A stretch of 64,000 nucleotides of DNA from an uncultured delta proteobacterium (GCA_963767925.1 CAVYGB010000008.1:2496001-2560000); one strand, 5' to 3'. Shown: positions 28,827-44,331, counted from the first letter of the stretch. The notes: generated by a model from the letters alone, not told the origin. A program made the numbers and translations.

Positions 28827-30572
28827 ATGGTCGGACGCGTCCGCGCTTCGAAGCAGGACCCCGGGAGGGTCGCGCGCCCACCGCAATGGGCCACCCGCCG
28901 GGCCGGCCTGGGGCTCCTCGCGCTCTTGCTGGGCGGGTTGCTGCCGGCGGGGCCCTCGGCGGCCCAGGCCCCCGCGGCCAAGCCCCGCGCCCCCGGCGCC
29001 CCCGGCAAGCCAGGCGGCCCGCCGCCGGAGAGCGCGGCCCCCGGGCCCTCCGGCGGCGCGCTGTCGCCGATCATCGACCTGGCCGAGCCGGCCGAGCCCA
29101 CCTTCACCACGCCCCCGCCCGCCCCCGCCGAGATCGGCGCCCGCAAGACCTGGCTGAAGGCCCGGCTCGACGAGATCGCCAACCACCCCGCCTTCGTGGG
29201 CGCCAAGGTGTCGATGGCGGTGGCCGAGCTCGAGACCGGCCAGATGCTCTACGGGCACAACGAGAAGATGCAGCTCAACGCTGCCTCCAACGTCAAGCTC
29301 GTCACCTCGGCGGCGGCCCTGTCGCGGCTAGGTCCGGAGTACCGCTGGCGCACGGTTGTGTTCGGCCCCGCCCAGTCCGGCGGCCGCTGGCTGGGCCCCG
29401 GCGGCGAGCTGCCTGGCGACCTGTACCTGGTGGGCTCGGGCGATCCCACCCTCGACAACGAAGCCCTCGGCGACCTGGCCGCGGCGGTGGCCGCGCAGGG
29501 GCTGCGCCGGGTGCGCGGCGGGCTGGTCGTCGATTCCAGCTTCTTCGATGGCAACGCGGTGGGGCCAGCCTACGAGCAGAAGACCGAATCGGCCGCCTAC
29601 CGATCGCCCTCCTCGGCCGCCTCGCTCAACGGCAACGCCGTCGTGGTCACGGTGATCCCCGCCGCCCGGGCGGGGGCTCCCGCCCGCATCACCCTCGAGC
29701 CGATGTCCCCCTATTTCACCGTGGCGGGCCGGATCGTCACCGCGGGCATGACCGGCCCCGCTGTCCCCCTGGTCGAGACCGATCAGCAGGGCGAGCAGAC
29801 CCGGGTCATCGTCTCGGGCCGGGTGCGCCTGGGGTCCGAACCCCGGGTGTTCTTCCGGCGGGTGGTCCACCCGGAGCTGTTCCTGGGCCACACCTTCCAG
29901 CAGGTGCTGCGCAAGCGGGGCATCACGGTCGACAAGCCGCTGCGGCTGGGGGCCGTCCCCACCGAGGGCTTCCGCACGCTGGCCGCCCACGACTCGCCCT
30001 CCCTGGCGGTGGTGATGCACGAGCTGAACAAGCGCTCGAGCAACTTTGCCGCCGAGCAGGTGCTGCGCACGCTGGGCGCCGAGGTGGTGGGACGGCCAGG
30101 CACCTGGGAAAACGGGCTCGAGGCGGTGGCCCGCTACCTCGAGAGCCTCGGCATCAACCGCAGCGCTTACAAGATGTCCAACGGCGCCGGCCTCTACGAC
30201 TCGAACCGTTTCACCTCGGAGCAGCTCATCACGGTGATGCGCACGACCCTGCGCGACTTCCGCATCGCCAGCGAGTATCTTTCTTCCCTTGCAGTGGCGG
30301 GCATCGACGGGACGCTCGGTCAGCGCATGGGCGGAACCGTGGCCCACCGCTTCGTGCGGGCCAAGACCGGCACCCTGGCCAACGTCAGCGCCCTGTCGGG
30401 GGTGGTCGGCGCCCCCGGGCAAAAGCCCCTGCTCTTTTCCATCGTGGTCAACGACGTGATCAACTCGGTGGCGGCGCGGGCCGCTCAGGACCGGGCGGCC
30501 GAGCTGCTCGTGATGTACCTCGACCCGGCCGCGCTGCCGACGGCATCGGCTCCGCCCCGGCGGGAGCCCTGA
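28827..30572 (+). CDS. dacB: D-Ala-D-Ala carboxypeptidase/endopeptidase (PBP4, S13); start uncertain
   Basis: SxxK in ASNVKL, GSGDPTL, SSN, NGAGL, AKTGTL. Confidence 0.93.
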   Translation: MVGRVRASKQDPGRVARPPQWATRRAGLGLLALLLGGLLPAGPSAAQAPAAKPRAPGAPGKPGGPPPESAAPGPSGGALSPIIDLAEPAEPTFTTPPPAPAEIGARKTWLKARLDEIANHPAFVGAKVSMAVAELETGQMLYGHNEKMQLNAASNVKLVTSAAALSRLGPEYRWRTVVFGPAQSGGRWLGPGGELPGDLYLVGSGDPTLDNEALGDLAAAVAAQGLRRVRGGLVVDSSFFDGNAVGPAYEQKTESAAYRSPSSAASLNGNAVVVTVIPAARAGAPARITLEPMSPYFTVAGRIVTAGMTGPAVPLVETDQQGEQTRVIVSGRVRLGSEPRVFFRRVVHPELFLGHTFQQVLRKRGITVDKPLRLGAVPTEGFRTLAAHDSPSLAVVMHELNKRSSNFAAEQVLRTLGAEVVGRPGTWENGLEAVARYLESLGINRSAYKMSNGAGLYDSNRFTSEQLITVMRTTLRDFRIASEYLSSLAVAGIDGTLGQRMGGTVAHRFVRAKTGTLANVSALSGVVGAPGQKPLLFSIVVNDVINSVAARAAQDRAAELLVMYLDPAALPTASAPPRREP

Positions 30573-30573
30573 C

Positions 30574-31707
30574 GTGACGGCGCCACCCACCGAAAAGCCT
30601 CCCCGGCTCACCCCCCTGGCCGCGGCCCACCGCCAGCTCGGCGCCCGCATGGTCGACTTCGGGGGCTGGCTGATGCCCCTGCACTACCAGCCGGGCATCC
30701 TCGAGGAGCACCACCGCACCCGCCGCGCGGTGGGGATCTTCGACGTCTCGCACATGGGCGAGGTGCACTTCGAGGGGCCGGGGGCGGCGGCCGCCGTGCA
30801 ACGGCTCTGCACCAACCACATCGGCCGCCTGGCCGATGGCCAGGCGCTCTACACGGTGGCCTGCCGGCCCGACGGGGGCATCGTCGACGACCTCATCGTC
30901 TACCGCCTGACCGGCGAGCACTACCTGGCCGTGGTCAACGCCAGCAACATCGAGAAGGACTTCGCCTGGTTCCAGGACAACGTCGGGCAACGTTGCCACC
31001 TGCGAGACGCCTCGGACGAGACCGCGCTCATCGCCTTCCAGGGGCCCGAGGCGACCGCCGCCCTGTCGCCGCTGGTCGCCGGAGACGCCCTGCCCGCCCG
31101 CCCCTTCCAGCTCCGCAGCGACGTGGCGCTGGCCGGACGGGTGGTCTCCATCGCCCGCACCGGCTACACCGGCGAGGACGGCTTCGAGATCTTCTGCCGG
31201 ACCGAGGACGCGCCCCCCCTGTGGGAGGCCCTGGTCGAGGCGGCCAACCGCCACGGCGGCCTGCCGGTCGGCCTGGGGGCCCGCGACACCCTCCGGCTGG
31301 AGGCGCGACTCTCGCTGTACGGCAACGAGCTCGACGACACGACCACCCCGCTCGAGGCCGGGCTGGGCTGGGTGGTCAAGTGGGACGCGGGGGACTTCCT
31401 GGGCAAGGAGGCCCTGCAGCGACAGGAGACCGAGGGCCTGCGGCGCAAGCTGGTCGGCTTCGTCGTCGAGGGGCGGGGCATCGCCCGCCACGGCTACGGC
31501 ATCCAGGTCTCCGAGGACGGTCCCCGGGTGGGAGAGGTGACCTCCGGCGGGTATGGTCCCACCGTGGGCAAGAGCATCGGTCTCGGGTACGTGCCGGCCG
31601 ACCTGGCCGAGCCCGGCCGGCGGCTGGCCATCGACTGCCGCGGTCGGCTGGCCCTCGCCGAGGTGGTAAAAGGCCCGTTCTATCGACGCGGACAGACTTC
31701 CGCGTAA
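30574..31707 (+). CDS. gcvT: Glycine cleavage system aminomethyltransferase T
   Basis: FGGWLMP, FDVSHMG, RTGYTGEDGFE, GLGARDTLRLEA. Confidence 0.97.
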   Translation: MTAPPTEKPPRLTPLAAAHRQLGARMVDFGGWLMPLHYQPGILEEHHRTRRAVGIFDVSHMGEVHFEGPGAAAAVQRLCTNHIGRLADGQALYTVACRPDGGIVDDLIVYRLTGEHYLAVVNASNIEKDFAWFQDNVGQRCHLRDASDETALIAFQGPEATAALSPLVAGDALPARPFQLRSDVALAGRVVSIARTGYTGEDGFEIFCRTEDAPPLWEALVEAANRHGGLPVGLGARDTLRLEARLSLYGNELDDTTTPLEAGLGWVVKWDAGDFLGKEALQRQETEGLRRKLVGFVVEGRGIARHGYGIQVSEDGPRVGEVTSGGYGPTVGKSIGLGYVPADLAEPGRRLAIDCRGRLALAEVVKGPFYRRGQTSA

Positions 31708-31734
31708 ACTTCGCATCCAGACTCCGGAGAGACG

Positions 31735-32130
31735 ATGAGCGACCAGATTCCAGAAGACCTCCTCTACACCGAGGACCACGAGTGGGCCCGCATCGAGGGC
31801 AAGGTGGCCACGGTGGGGATCACCCAGTTCGCCGTCGAGAAGCTCGGCGACGTCATCCAGGTGGACCTGCCCCGGGAGGAGGAGACCCTCAAGCAGCGCG
31901 ACGTGTTCGGCAGCGTCGAGTCGGTCAAGGCGGTGTCGGATCTGCTGGCGCCCCTGTCGGGACGGGTGCTCAAGGTCAACTCGCCCCTGTCCGACTCGCC
32001 CGAATACGTCAACGAGGAGCCCTACGACGGCGGCTGGATGATCCAGATCGAGCTGTCGAACCTCGAGGAAACCAAGAAGCTCATGGACGCGACGGCCTAC
32101 GAGGCCTTCGTCAACGACCAGGAGACCTAG
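31735..32130 (+). CDS. gcvH: Glycine cleavage system H protein
   Basis: HEW, GITQFA, VESVKAVS (lipoyl Lys), PYDGGW. Confidence 0.97.
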   Translation: MSDQIPEDLLYTEDHEWARIEGKVATVGITQFAVEKLGDVIQVDLPREEETLKQRDVFGSVESVKAVSDLLAPLSGRVLKVNSPLSDSPEYVNEEPYDGGWMIQIELSNLEETKKLMDATAYEAFVNDQET

Positions 32131-32145
32131 GAGCAGCGCCGGACC

Positions 32146-35013
<2,868 letters not shown>

Positions 35014-35017
35014 GCCC

Positions 35018-36334
35018 TTGGCGAGCACGCAGCTCACCTTCTCGTCGCGAGAGCAGCACCGGGCCTGGCTGGCGGCCGAGGCGGCCCTGCCCCGCGGCTT
35101 CCGGGTCGGCACCGCCGCCTTCGCCTTCGTTCCCGCCGAGGCGGCCAAGCCGGCCCGGATGACGCTGACCCTGCTGGCGCTGGACCGGGCGACGCCGGAC
35201 TTCGCGGCCGTGTTCACCCGCAACGCCGTGGTGGGCGCCCCCGTGCAGATCGGCCGGCGCCGCCTGGCCGAGCCGGCGCTGCGGGCGGTGGTTGTGAACA
35301 ACAAGATCTCCAACGTGGGGGCGCCCGACGGGGTGGCCAGCGCGGAGCGGATCTGCGCGGCGGTGTCCCAGGGGCTGGGCGGCAAGCCCGAGGAGATCTT
35401 GCCCGCCTCGACTGGCGTGATCGGCTGGCGCCTGCCGCTCGAGCCCATGCTGGCTGCTGTCCCCGACGCGGTCCGGGCGCTGTCCCCCGTCTCGGCCCTG
35501 CCCGCGGCAGAGGGGATCATGACCACCGACCTCTATCCCAAGGTGCGGCGCGCTCAGGTCGGCGGGGGCAGCATCGTCGGCCTGGCCAAGGGGGCCGGCA
35601 TGATCGAGCCGAGCTGCGCCACCATGCTCGTCTACCTGCTGACCGACCTGGCGGTGCCGCGGGGCGAGCTGCGGGAGCTGCTCCCGGCCATCGTCGATCG
35701 GACCTTCAACCGGGTCAGCATCGACAGCGATACCAGCACCTCCGACACGGTCGCCCTGCTTGCCTCGGGGGCCGTCCCGGCGCCCGACCGGACGGCGTTC
35801 GCCCGGGCCCTCGAGACGGTCTGCGCCGACCTGGCCGAGGACCTGGTGCGCAACGGCGAGGGCGTGCACCATGTGCTGCGGGTGCGGGTGGCCGGCGCGC
35901 CCTCGGAGGCGGTGGCCCGCGCCATCGGCAAGAGCGTCGTCAACTCGCCCCTCGTCAAGAGCGCCATCTGCGGCAACGACGCCAACGTCGGGCGCCTCCT
36001 GGCCGCCATCGGCAAGCCGGCGGGCGGCGTCACGCCCGCCATCGATCCCGGGCGCCTGGCGGTGTCCATCGCCGGGCACCAGGTGTTCGCCGGCGGGACG
36101 TTCCAGCTCTCGCGGGACAAGGAGGCGGCCTTGACCGCCCACCTGCGCGAGACCGAGCTCTACGCCAGCGCGCCGCCGGCCGGCACCGTGTTCAAGCCGA
36201 CGGTCGACTACCCGCCCCACGAACGTTCGGTCGAGATCGCCATCGACCTCGGCGCCGGCAACGCCAGCTCCGAGGTCCTGGGCGCCGATCTCAGCCACGA
36301 ATACGTCAGCGAAAACGCTGACTACAGGTCTTAG
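35018..36334 (+). CDS. argJ: Ornithine acetyltransferase/N-acetylglutamate synthase
   Basis: PASTGVIG, IMTTD, AKGAGMIEPSCATML, DSDTSTSD, GEG, NSPLVK, DLSHEYVSENADYRS. Confidence 0.9.
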   Translation: MASTQLTFSSREQHRAWLAAEAALPRGFRVGTAAFAFVPAEAAKPARMTLTLLALDRATPDFAAVFTRNAVVGAPVQIGRRRLAEPALRAVVVNNKISNVGAPDGVASAERICAAVSQGLGGKPEEILPASTGVIGWRLPLEPMLAAVPDAVRALSPVSALPAAEGIMTTDLYPKVRRAQVGGGSIVGLAKGAGMIEPSCATMLVYLLTDLAVPRGELRELLPAIVDRTFNRVSIDSDTSTSDTVALLASGAVPAPDRTAFARALETVCADLAEDLVRNGEGVHHVLRVRVAGAPSEAVARAIGKSVVNSPLVKSAICGNDANVGRLLAAIGKPAGGVTPAIDPGRLAVSIAGHQVFAGGTFQLSRDKEAALTAHLRETELYASAPPAGTVFKPTVDYPPHERSVEIAIDLGAGNASSEVLGADLSHEYVSENADYRS

Positions 36335-36338
36335 TACG

Positions 36339-36538
36339 CGGGACCCTCAAAGGGTCCCGCACCCCCCGCGAAGCTTCGCGCCGAGCAAGCTCGGCGGCTC
36401 CGCACGCGATTCTGTTCTGTTCGGGACCCTCAAAGGGTCCCGCACCCCCCGCGAAGCTTCGCGCCGAGCAAGCTCGGCGGCTCCGCACGCGATCTGTTCG
36501 GGACCCTCAAAGGGTCCCGAGCCCCCCGCGAAGCTCGG
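36339..36538. repeat. Tandem palindromic repeat (REP/BIME-like): two full ~72-bp units plus one partial
   Basis: Units start at 36339, 36422 and 36499: CGGGACCCT-caa-AGGGTCCCG, CGCGAAGCTTCGCG, GCCGAGC-aa-GCTCGGC; short CTGTT linkers; lies between convergent genes. Confidence 0.9.
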
Positions 36539-37723
36539 CTACATGGAGTTGTAGCGGAAGATCTTGAAGCGGGGGGCGCCGCTGATCTCGAAGTAGAAGC
36601 CGAAGCGGAAGTCGATCATGCCGGAGGAGGCGTCGACGAGCTGGGGCGGGGGGTTGGGGAAGGGCTGGGCCTGCTTGAAGGCCTCGATGGCCTCGTCATC
36701 GAGGAACTCGACGCCCGAGGGGGTCTCGAGCACCACGTTGGCCAGCGATCCGTCGGGCTTGAGCTGGACCCGCAGGAGGGTGTAGCGGTCCTTGTTCCCG
36801 TAGATCGACCCGGTGGGATCGCGCCGGCGGTACACGTCGGCCGGCCGCCAGTGCTCGCGAACCTGGGATTTGACGCGGTTGAAGAAGGAGGCGAACTTCC
36901 ACTTCTTCGCGTTGAGGGCGGTCTCGTCGCCCTCGTCGATGTCCTTGAGATGATCCTGGGTCCCGCTGCCGATCGCCCGCGCGAGCTGATGCTGCGAGGG
37001 GGTCAACGAGGGGGCCGCGCCCGGCGGCACCCGCGGCGCGCCGCTGGGCGGAGCCGGCGCCGCCACCGGGGGCGTCTCGGCGGTCGCGCCGCCCTGGGGC
37101 AGAGCCCCGTCCGGGTCAGCCGGGACCGGTGGCCCCTGCTCACCCGGGCTGGCGGGAACCGGCGGCCGGGGCTCGGGGGCGGCCGGCGGCGCGGGGCGGG
37201 AGGGTTTCCCCTCCGGAGCACGCATCGCTTGCGCGCCCGGGGGCGGGCTGGGCGCCGCGGCCGGTCTCGACTCCTCGGCGTCGCCGGTCGCGTCGCCCTG
37301 GCGGGAGCGCTGGTCGAAGCGGCCGAACTTGCGGGTCTCCTTGGCGACCTTGGAGTCGTACTCCGAAGCGAACTTGGCGTCGTCCGGCCGCTGCTCCTCG
37401 GCAGGCTTGGGGAGGTCGACCACCTGGCCAGGCGATTGCTTGGTCTCCTGCTCCTTCTTCTCCTCCTCCTTCTTTGCCTCCTCGTCGGCCTTGTCGAGCT
37501 CGGCAAGCATCTTCCGGGCGGTCTCGTCGTCGACCGTCGAGATCTCGATGCTCTCCCCCATGGCCGCCAGGTCGGCGTTGCGGGGCGCGTAGAAGTACAG
37601 ACTCACGCCGACGACCAACAGGCCTTCGGCATGAATCACGAGAGCGAGGAGAAGCCAGAATCCTAGCCGTCTACCCCGGTTTTTTTGCCGCGTGGAAGCC
37701 ATGCTGGGCGAAGGGCCGGTCAC
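36539..37723 (-). CDS. TonB-family protein (TM anchor, Pro-rich linker, TonB C-terminal domain)
   Basis: LALVIHAE TM; FFNRVKSQVREHW; DGSL...SGVEFLDDEAIEAFKQAQPFPNPP. Confidence 0.88.
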   Translation of the reverse strand: MTGPSPSMASTRQKNRGRRLGFWLLLALVIHAEGLLVVGVSLYFYAPRNADLAAMGESIEISTVDDETARKMLAELDKADEEAKKEEEKKEQETKQSPGQVVDLPKPAEEQRPDDAKFASEYDSKVAKETRKFGRFDQRSRQGDATGDAEESRPAAAPSPPPGAQAMRAPEGKPSRPAPPAAPEPRPPVPASPGEQGPPVPADPDGALPQGGATAETPPVAAPAPPSGAPRVPPGAAPSLTPSQHQLARAIGSGTQDHLKDIDEGDETALNAKKWKFASFFNRVKSQVREHWRPADVYRRRDPTGSIYGNKDRYTLLRVQLKPDGSLANVVLETPSGVEFLDDEAIEAFKQAQPFPNPPPQLVDASSGMIDFRFGFYFEISGAPRFKIFRYNSM

Positions 37724-37828
37724 ATTAGTTTAGCGGTATTTTTCCCGAGGCAAGCACACTTTCGCCGCCCAAAGCAGAGCCGCGCTGCCCGGACAGGCCG
37801 GGACCGCAACGCGGGGTGATACCCACCT

Positions 37829-39034
37829 TCAACGGATGATCGGGTTCTCGAAGGGCACGCGCATGCGGACCCGCAGGCGCTGGGAGAGCTGAGGAAACGG
37901 GGCCGCACGCCGCACGACCTCCAGCGCTTCGCGGTCGAACTCCTCGAATCCGGCCGACTTGAGGAGCTGCACATCTCCCCACACCCGGCCGTCCCGCTCC
38001 ACCATGAACTGGACGATGGCCTCCCCCTGCTCGAGCAGCAGCGCGAGCCGCTTGGGAAACCGGAGCACGCGCGCGACCCGCCGGCGAATCTCGAGGTACT
38101 CGCGCGAAAATTGCCGCTCGCTGGTCCCCTCGCCGAGATCGCCGATCGGCGCGGGGCGAGGGCTCGGCCAGCCGTCGGTGGTTGTGGCGTTACCGGGCGT
38201 GCTCGCGCGCGACAGCCCGGGGGTTGGCGCAGGGCCGTTTCCGAGCAGCCCGTCCTCCGGTCCGCGGGTGGCCAGCGTCGTGTAGTCGATCATGCCGGGG
38301 TCGGTCTCGTTCGAGGCAGCCCGGCTGGCCACGTCCTCTCGCAGCGGGCCGGGCGTGATCTGGTCGAAGAGCCGCCGCCCCTGCTCGGCGTCGAGCGGGC
38401 CCTGCCCCCGAACGATCTGCAGGCCCACCGTCTCGGGCACGCGGGTCTCGCTGGCCAGCGGCGGCGCCACCTCGGCGTGGTCCTCGGAGGCGGTGGGCAG
38501 ATCCGCCGCCGGAGCGGCCTGCGTCGGTTCGGGCTGGGCGTTGCGGAGGCTGTCGCCGATCCCCACCTTTGGCTCCTGTCGGATCGCCTGGGGCGAGGAG
38601 GCGGTGTGGCTGGTGGCCTGGCTGGCCGGCTGGTAGTGGTCCGAGCCGTCGGTCAGCCGCGCGCGCAGCGTCGACTCATCGGGCCGCCATGCCGCCGGCA
38701 GACGGCGGCCCGCGCCGGGTCCCGTATCCGGCATCGGCCGGACACGCTCGCGCGGGAGGCCAGCCACTGGAGCCGCGGGGCGTGGATCCAGGTTGACCTG
38801 GTCGGCGGGAGGCAGGTCGGTGGCGGCGGGCGGAGGGTCCAGGGCGAGGAGGTCTTCGGGGACCGTACCGAGCCAGGTGGCGGGCAGGTCGTCGGCGTCC
38901 GGCTCCGGGCTGGCCACCAGATCGGGATAGCCGGGGCCGCGCTCGCGATCCCGGGTCGCCAGCGAGGTCAGGACGATGAGGGCGGCCAGGTGCAGGGCCA
39001 TCGCCCAGGCCGCCGCGCGCAAAACCGGCGGCAC
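37829..39034 (-). CDS. Second TonB-family protein (start uncertain)
   Basis: MALHLAALIVL TM; LRFPK...QGEAIVQF...DG...SAGFEEFDREALEVVRRAAPFP. Confidence 0.8.
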   Translation of the reverse strand: MPPVLRAAAWAMALHLAALIVLTSLATRDRERGPGYPDLVASPEPDADDLPATWLGTVPEDLLALDPPPAATDLPPADQVNLDPRPAAPVAGLPRERVRPMPDTGPGAGRRLPAAWRPDESTLRARLTDGSDHYQPASQATSHTASSPQAIRQEPKVGIGDSLRNAQPEPTQAAPAADLPTASEDHAEVAPPLASETRVPETVGLQIVRGQGPLDAEQGRRLFDQITPGPLREDVASRAASNETDPGMIDYTTLATRGPEDGLLGNGPAPTPGLSRASTPGNATTTDGWPSPRPAPIGDLGEGTSERQFSREYLEIRRRVARVLRFPKRLALLLEQGEAIVQFMVERDGRVWGDVQLLKSAGFEEFDREALEVVRRAAPFPQLSQRLRVRMRVPFENPIIR

Positions 39035-39134
39035 GCGATGCGGTCGTCGTCGTGATCTCGGCTCGGCAGCGGCCTCTGGATCCGGTGCCTTTCTTGAACC
39101 CACGTTGAGCCCGGAAGAGTACCATGTCGGGCTC

Positions 39135-40040
39135 ATGATTCCGGGTTTACCCGAAGCCGCTCTCCCCCAGGAATCTGCGGCAAAGTCCGATCCTGACGCG
39201 CTCGAGCGGCTGCTCCTCCGCAGCGTCGGCCGCGCCATCGCCGATCACGCGCTCATCGAGGCGGGCGACCGGATCCTGGTGGCGGTTTCGGGTGGAAAAG
39301 ACAGCTACACGCTGCTCACCCTGCTGATCGCCCTTGCCCGCCGGGCGCCGATCCCGTTCGAGCTGGTGGCGGTGCATCTCGACCAGGGTCATCCGGGCTA
39401 CGACGGCGAGCCGCTGCGCCGCTTCCTCGAGCAGAGCGGCGTCGAGCACCGCATCGTCCACGAGGACACCTACTCCATCGTCACCGACAAGATCCCCGAG
39501 GGGAAGACCTACTGCTCGCTCTGCGCCCGCCTCCGGCGCGGGATCCTGTACCGGGTGGCCAGCGAGATCGGCTGCAACAAGATCGCCCTCGGGCACCACC
39601 GCGACGACGCCCTCGAGACGCTGCTCCTGAACCTGTTCTTCGGGGGCAAGCTGGCGGCGATGCCGGCCCGCCTGGTCAGCGATGACAAGGCCCACGTCGT
39701 CATCCGCCCGCTCATCACCTGCGCCGAGAAGACCATCGCCCGCTTCGCCGAGGCGCGCCGCTTCCCCATCCTCCCCTGCAATCTCTGCGGCTCGCAGAGC
39801 GAGGCCCAGCGCAAGCAGATGAAGGCGCTGCTCGATCGCCTCGAGGCGGCCCATCCCCACCTGCGCAGCACCATGCTGGCGGCGCTGGGCAACGTGAACC
39901 CCTCGCATCTGCTGGACCGCCGGCTGGCGGCCCTGGCAGCGGGCGAGCCGACCGCCGCCGCCGCTACGGCGCAGACGACGGCGCCGGGCAGCGCGGAGGG
40001 CCTGTTGCCCGCCGGCCGCCTCCTCGGACGTAGCGGCTAG
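39135..40040 (+). CDS. ttcA: tRNA 2-thiocytidine(32) synthetase
   Basis: SGGKDS, CSLCARLRRG, GHHRDD, IRPL, PCNLCGSQ. Confidence 0.95.
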   Translation: MIPGLPEAALPQESAAKSDPDALERLLLRSVGRAIADHALIEAGDRILVAVSGGKDSYTLLTLLIALARRAPIPFELVAVHLDQGHPGYDGEPLRRFLEQSGVEHRIVHEDTYSIVTDKIPEGKTYCSLCARLRRGILYRVASEIGCNKIALGHHRDDALETLLLNLFFGGKLAAMPARLVSDDKAHVVIRPLITCAEKTIARFAEARRFPILPCNLCGSQSEAQRKQMKALLDRLEAAHPHLRSTMLAALGNVNPSHLLDRRLAALAAGEPTAAAATAQTTAPGSAEGLLPAGRLLGRSG

Positions 40041-40047
40041 CCGCGCC

Positions 40048-42503
<2,456 letters not shown>

Positions 42504-42580
42504 GCCGTGCCATTAGACACTGTTCTTGCCGTCCATTGAAAGAGCCATCGCAAGCCGCCGGGGGCCATTGGTGGCGCTTC

Positions 42581-42608
42581 TTGACGGTCGGTTTTTCGTT
42601 ACTACTCT
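42581..42608 (+). promoter_or_regulatory. Candidate sigma70 promoter for the Spy-like/HtrA genes
   Basis: TTGACG-N16-TACTCT in an AT-richer intergenic region. Confidence 0.4.
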
Positions 42609-42690
42609 AGAAGGACGGCGTGAGGCATGGTGCCCACGCCCATAAATCCCCGCCGGGTGCGATGAGCCCCTGCGAGAAGGAGAAAGAACG

Positions 42691-43194
42691 ATGCATCCAG
42701 CATTGGTGTCGTGGTGGCACGCTCAGCGTGCCGGTATGCGCTCCCCCTACAGCTGCGGCGGCCCCGGCGGCTGGCGCGGGCCGGGCTGGTCGCCCGGAGA
42801 GGGCTTCGAGGGCGGAGGTGGCGGTGGCGGCGGCGACTTCGGTGACGGAGGCGGCGGCTTCGGCGTCCGGCGCCCGCTGCGCTTTCTGGCCTACAAGCTC
42901 GAGCTCGACGAGCGGCAGGTGGCGGAGCTGGCCCGGGTGCTCGACGAGCTGAAGACGGAGCGGGCGCAGGCGGAGGTCGATCGCCGTCGCAGCGTGGCGG
43001 CCCTCGCCGACGCCGTGGCCGGACCGGCCTTCGATCCGGGCAAGGGACAGGAGGGGGGAGCGCTCCGGGTGGCGAGCGCCGAGCGGCTGCGCGACGCCGT
43101 GCTCAAGGCCCTGCAACAGATCCACGCCCTCCTCGACGACGAGCAGCGGAAGAAGCTGGCCTACCTCATCCGCACCGGCACCCTGGTGATCTGA
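42691..43194 (+). CDS. Spy/CpxP-like helical protein with Gly-rich N-terminus
   Basis: AAGGAG RBS; KLELDERQ...IHALLDDEQRKKLA (LTxxQ-like motifs). Confidence 0.75.
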   Translation: MHPALVSWWHAQRAGMRSPYSCGGPGGWRGPGWSPGEGFEGGGGGGGGDFGDGGGGFGVRRPLRFLAYKLELDERQVAELARVLDELKTERAQAEVDRRRSVAALADAVAGPAFDPGKGQEGGALRVASAERLRDAVLKALQQIHALLDDEQRKKLAYLIRTGTLVI

Positions 43195-44204
43195 TGAACG
43201 CTCTCGCTCGCAATCCGCGACCGGACGACGACACGGCGTTGCTCGACGCCTACTCGCGGGCGGTGGTGGAGGTGGCCGAGACGGTGAGCCCTTCGGTGGT
43301 GCGCATCGAAGCGGAGTTGCCGTCGCGGCCCGGGCGAGGGCGGAGCCCTGCCCCTGCCCCGGAGCAGACGCCCCGGGGCAGCGGGTCGGGTTTCGTCTTC
43401 ACGCCGGACGGGTACATCCTCACCAACAGCCACGTGGTGAGCGGGGCCCGCCGGCTCGACGTCTCCCTCAACGACGGCACGCGGCTGGCGGCCAGCCTGG
43501 TGGGCGACGATCCCCACACCGACCTGGCGGTGATCCGGGTGACCGCGCCCGATCTGGTGCCGGCCCGGCTGGGCGACTCCAGCGCGCTGCGGGTCGGACA
43601 GCTCGTCGTCGCGATCGGCAACCCCTACGGCTTCGACTGCACGGTCACCGCCGGTGTCGTGAGCGCGCTCGGCCGCTCGCTGCGGTCGCAGTCGGGACGC
43701 CTGATCGACGACGTCGTCCAGACCGACGCCGCCCTAAACCCCGGCAACTCCGGGGGCCCGCTGGTCAACACCCACGGCGAGGTCATCGGCGTGAACACGG
43801 CGATGATCCGCCCGGCCCAGGGCCTCTGCTTCGCCGTCGCCATGCGCACGGTCAGCTTCGTGATGAGCCGGTTGATCCGGGACGGGCGCATCCGCCGCAG
43901 CTACATCGGGGTGGGCGGCCAGGACGTTCCCCTGCTGCGCAAGGTGGTGCGCTTCTTCGACCTGCCGGTGGAGAGCGGGGTGATGGTCGCTTCGGTGGAG
44001 GCCGATAGCCCCGGCGAGCGGGCAGACCTGCGGCCGGGCGACTTCGTGCTCCGCTTCGGCGCGAGCTGGATCAAGGGCATCGACGACCTGCACCGCCTGC
44101 TGACCGAGGAGCAGGTGGGCCAGCCGGTCGAGCTGGGCATCCTGCGCGGCACCCAGCTGCGCACCCTGACGCTGGTTCCGAGCGAGATCCCGCCCGCCCG
44201 CTGA
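43194..44204 (+). CDS. HtrA/DegQ-family S1C serine protease with one PDZ domain, no signal peptide
   Basis: GSGSGF, LTNSHVV, DLAVI, QTDAALNPGNSGGPL. Confidence 0.93.
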   Translation: MNALARNPRPDDDTALLDAYSRAVVEVAETVSPSVVRIEAELPSRPGRGRSPAPAPEQTPRGSGSGFVFTPDGYILTNSHVVSGARRLDVSLNDGTRLAASLVGDDPHTDLAVIRVTAPDLVPARLGDSSALRVGQLVVAIGNPYGFDCTVTAGVVSALGRSLRSQSGRLIDDVVQTDAALNPGNSGGPLVNTHGEVIGVNTAMIRPAQGLCFAVAMRTVSFVMSRLIRDGRIRRSYIGVGGQDVPLLRKVVRFFDLPVESGVMVASVEADSPGERADLRPGDFVLRFGASWIKGIDDLHRLLTEEQVGQPVELGILRGTQLRTLTLVPSEIPPAR

Positions 44205-44331
44205 ACCCCGTCCCGGCCCCTCGGGGACCCTCCCGACGGTCCTGCGTCGCAGCGAGCAACGACCTTTTACCTCCCGGACATCGGCGCGCGTGGCCCGGAG
44301 GATCCATGGTTGATCCGGAAGGGGATCGGCC

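Noticed and set aside
30540..30574. Glycine riboswitch before gcvT
   Set aside because: Only 1 bp separates dacB and gcvT.
36339..36538. Possible CRISPR array
   Set aside because: Units are near-identical with no unique spacers, and no cas genes are in the window.
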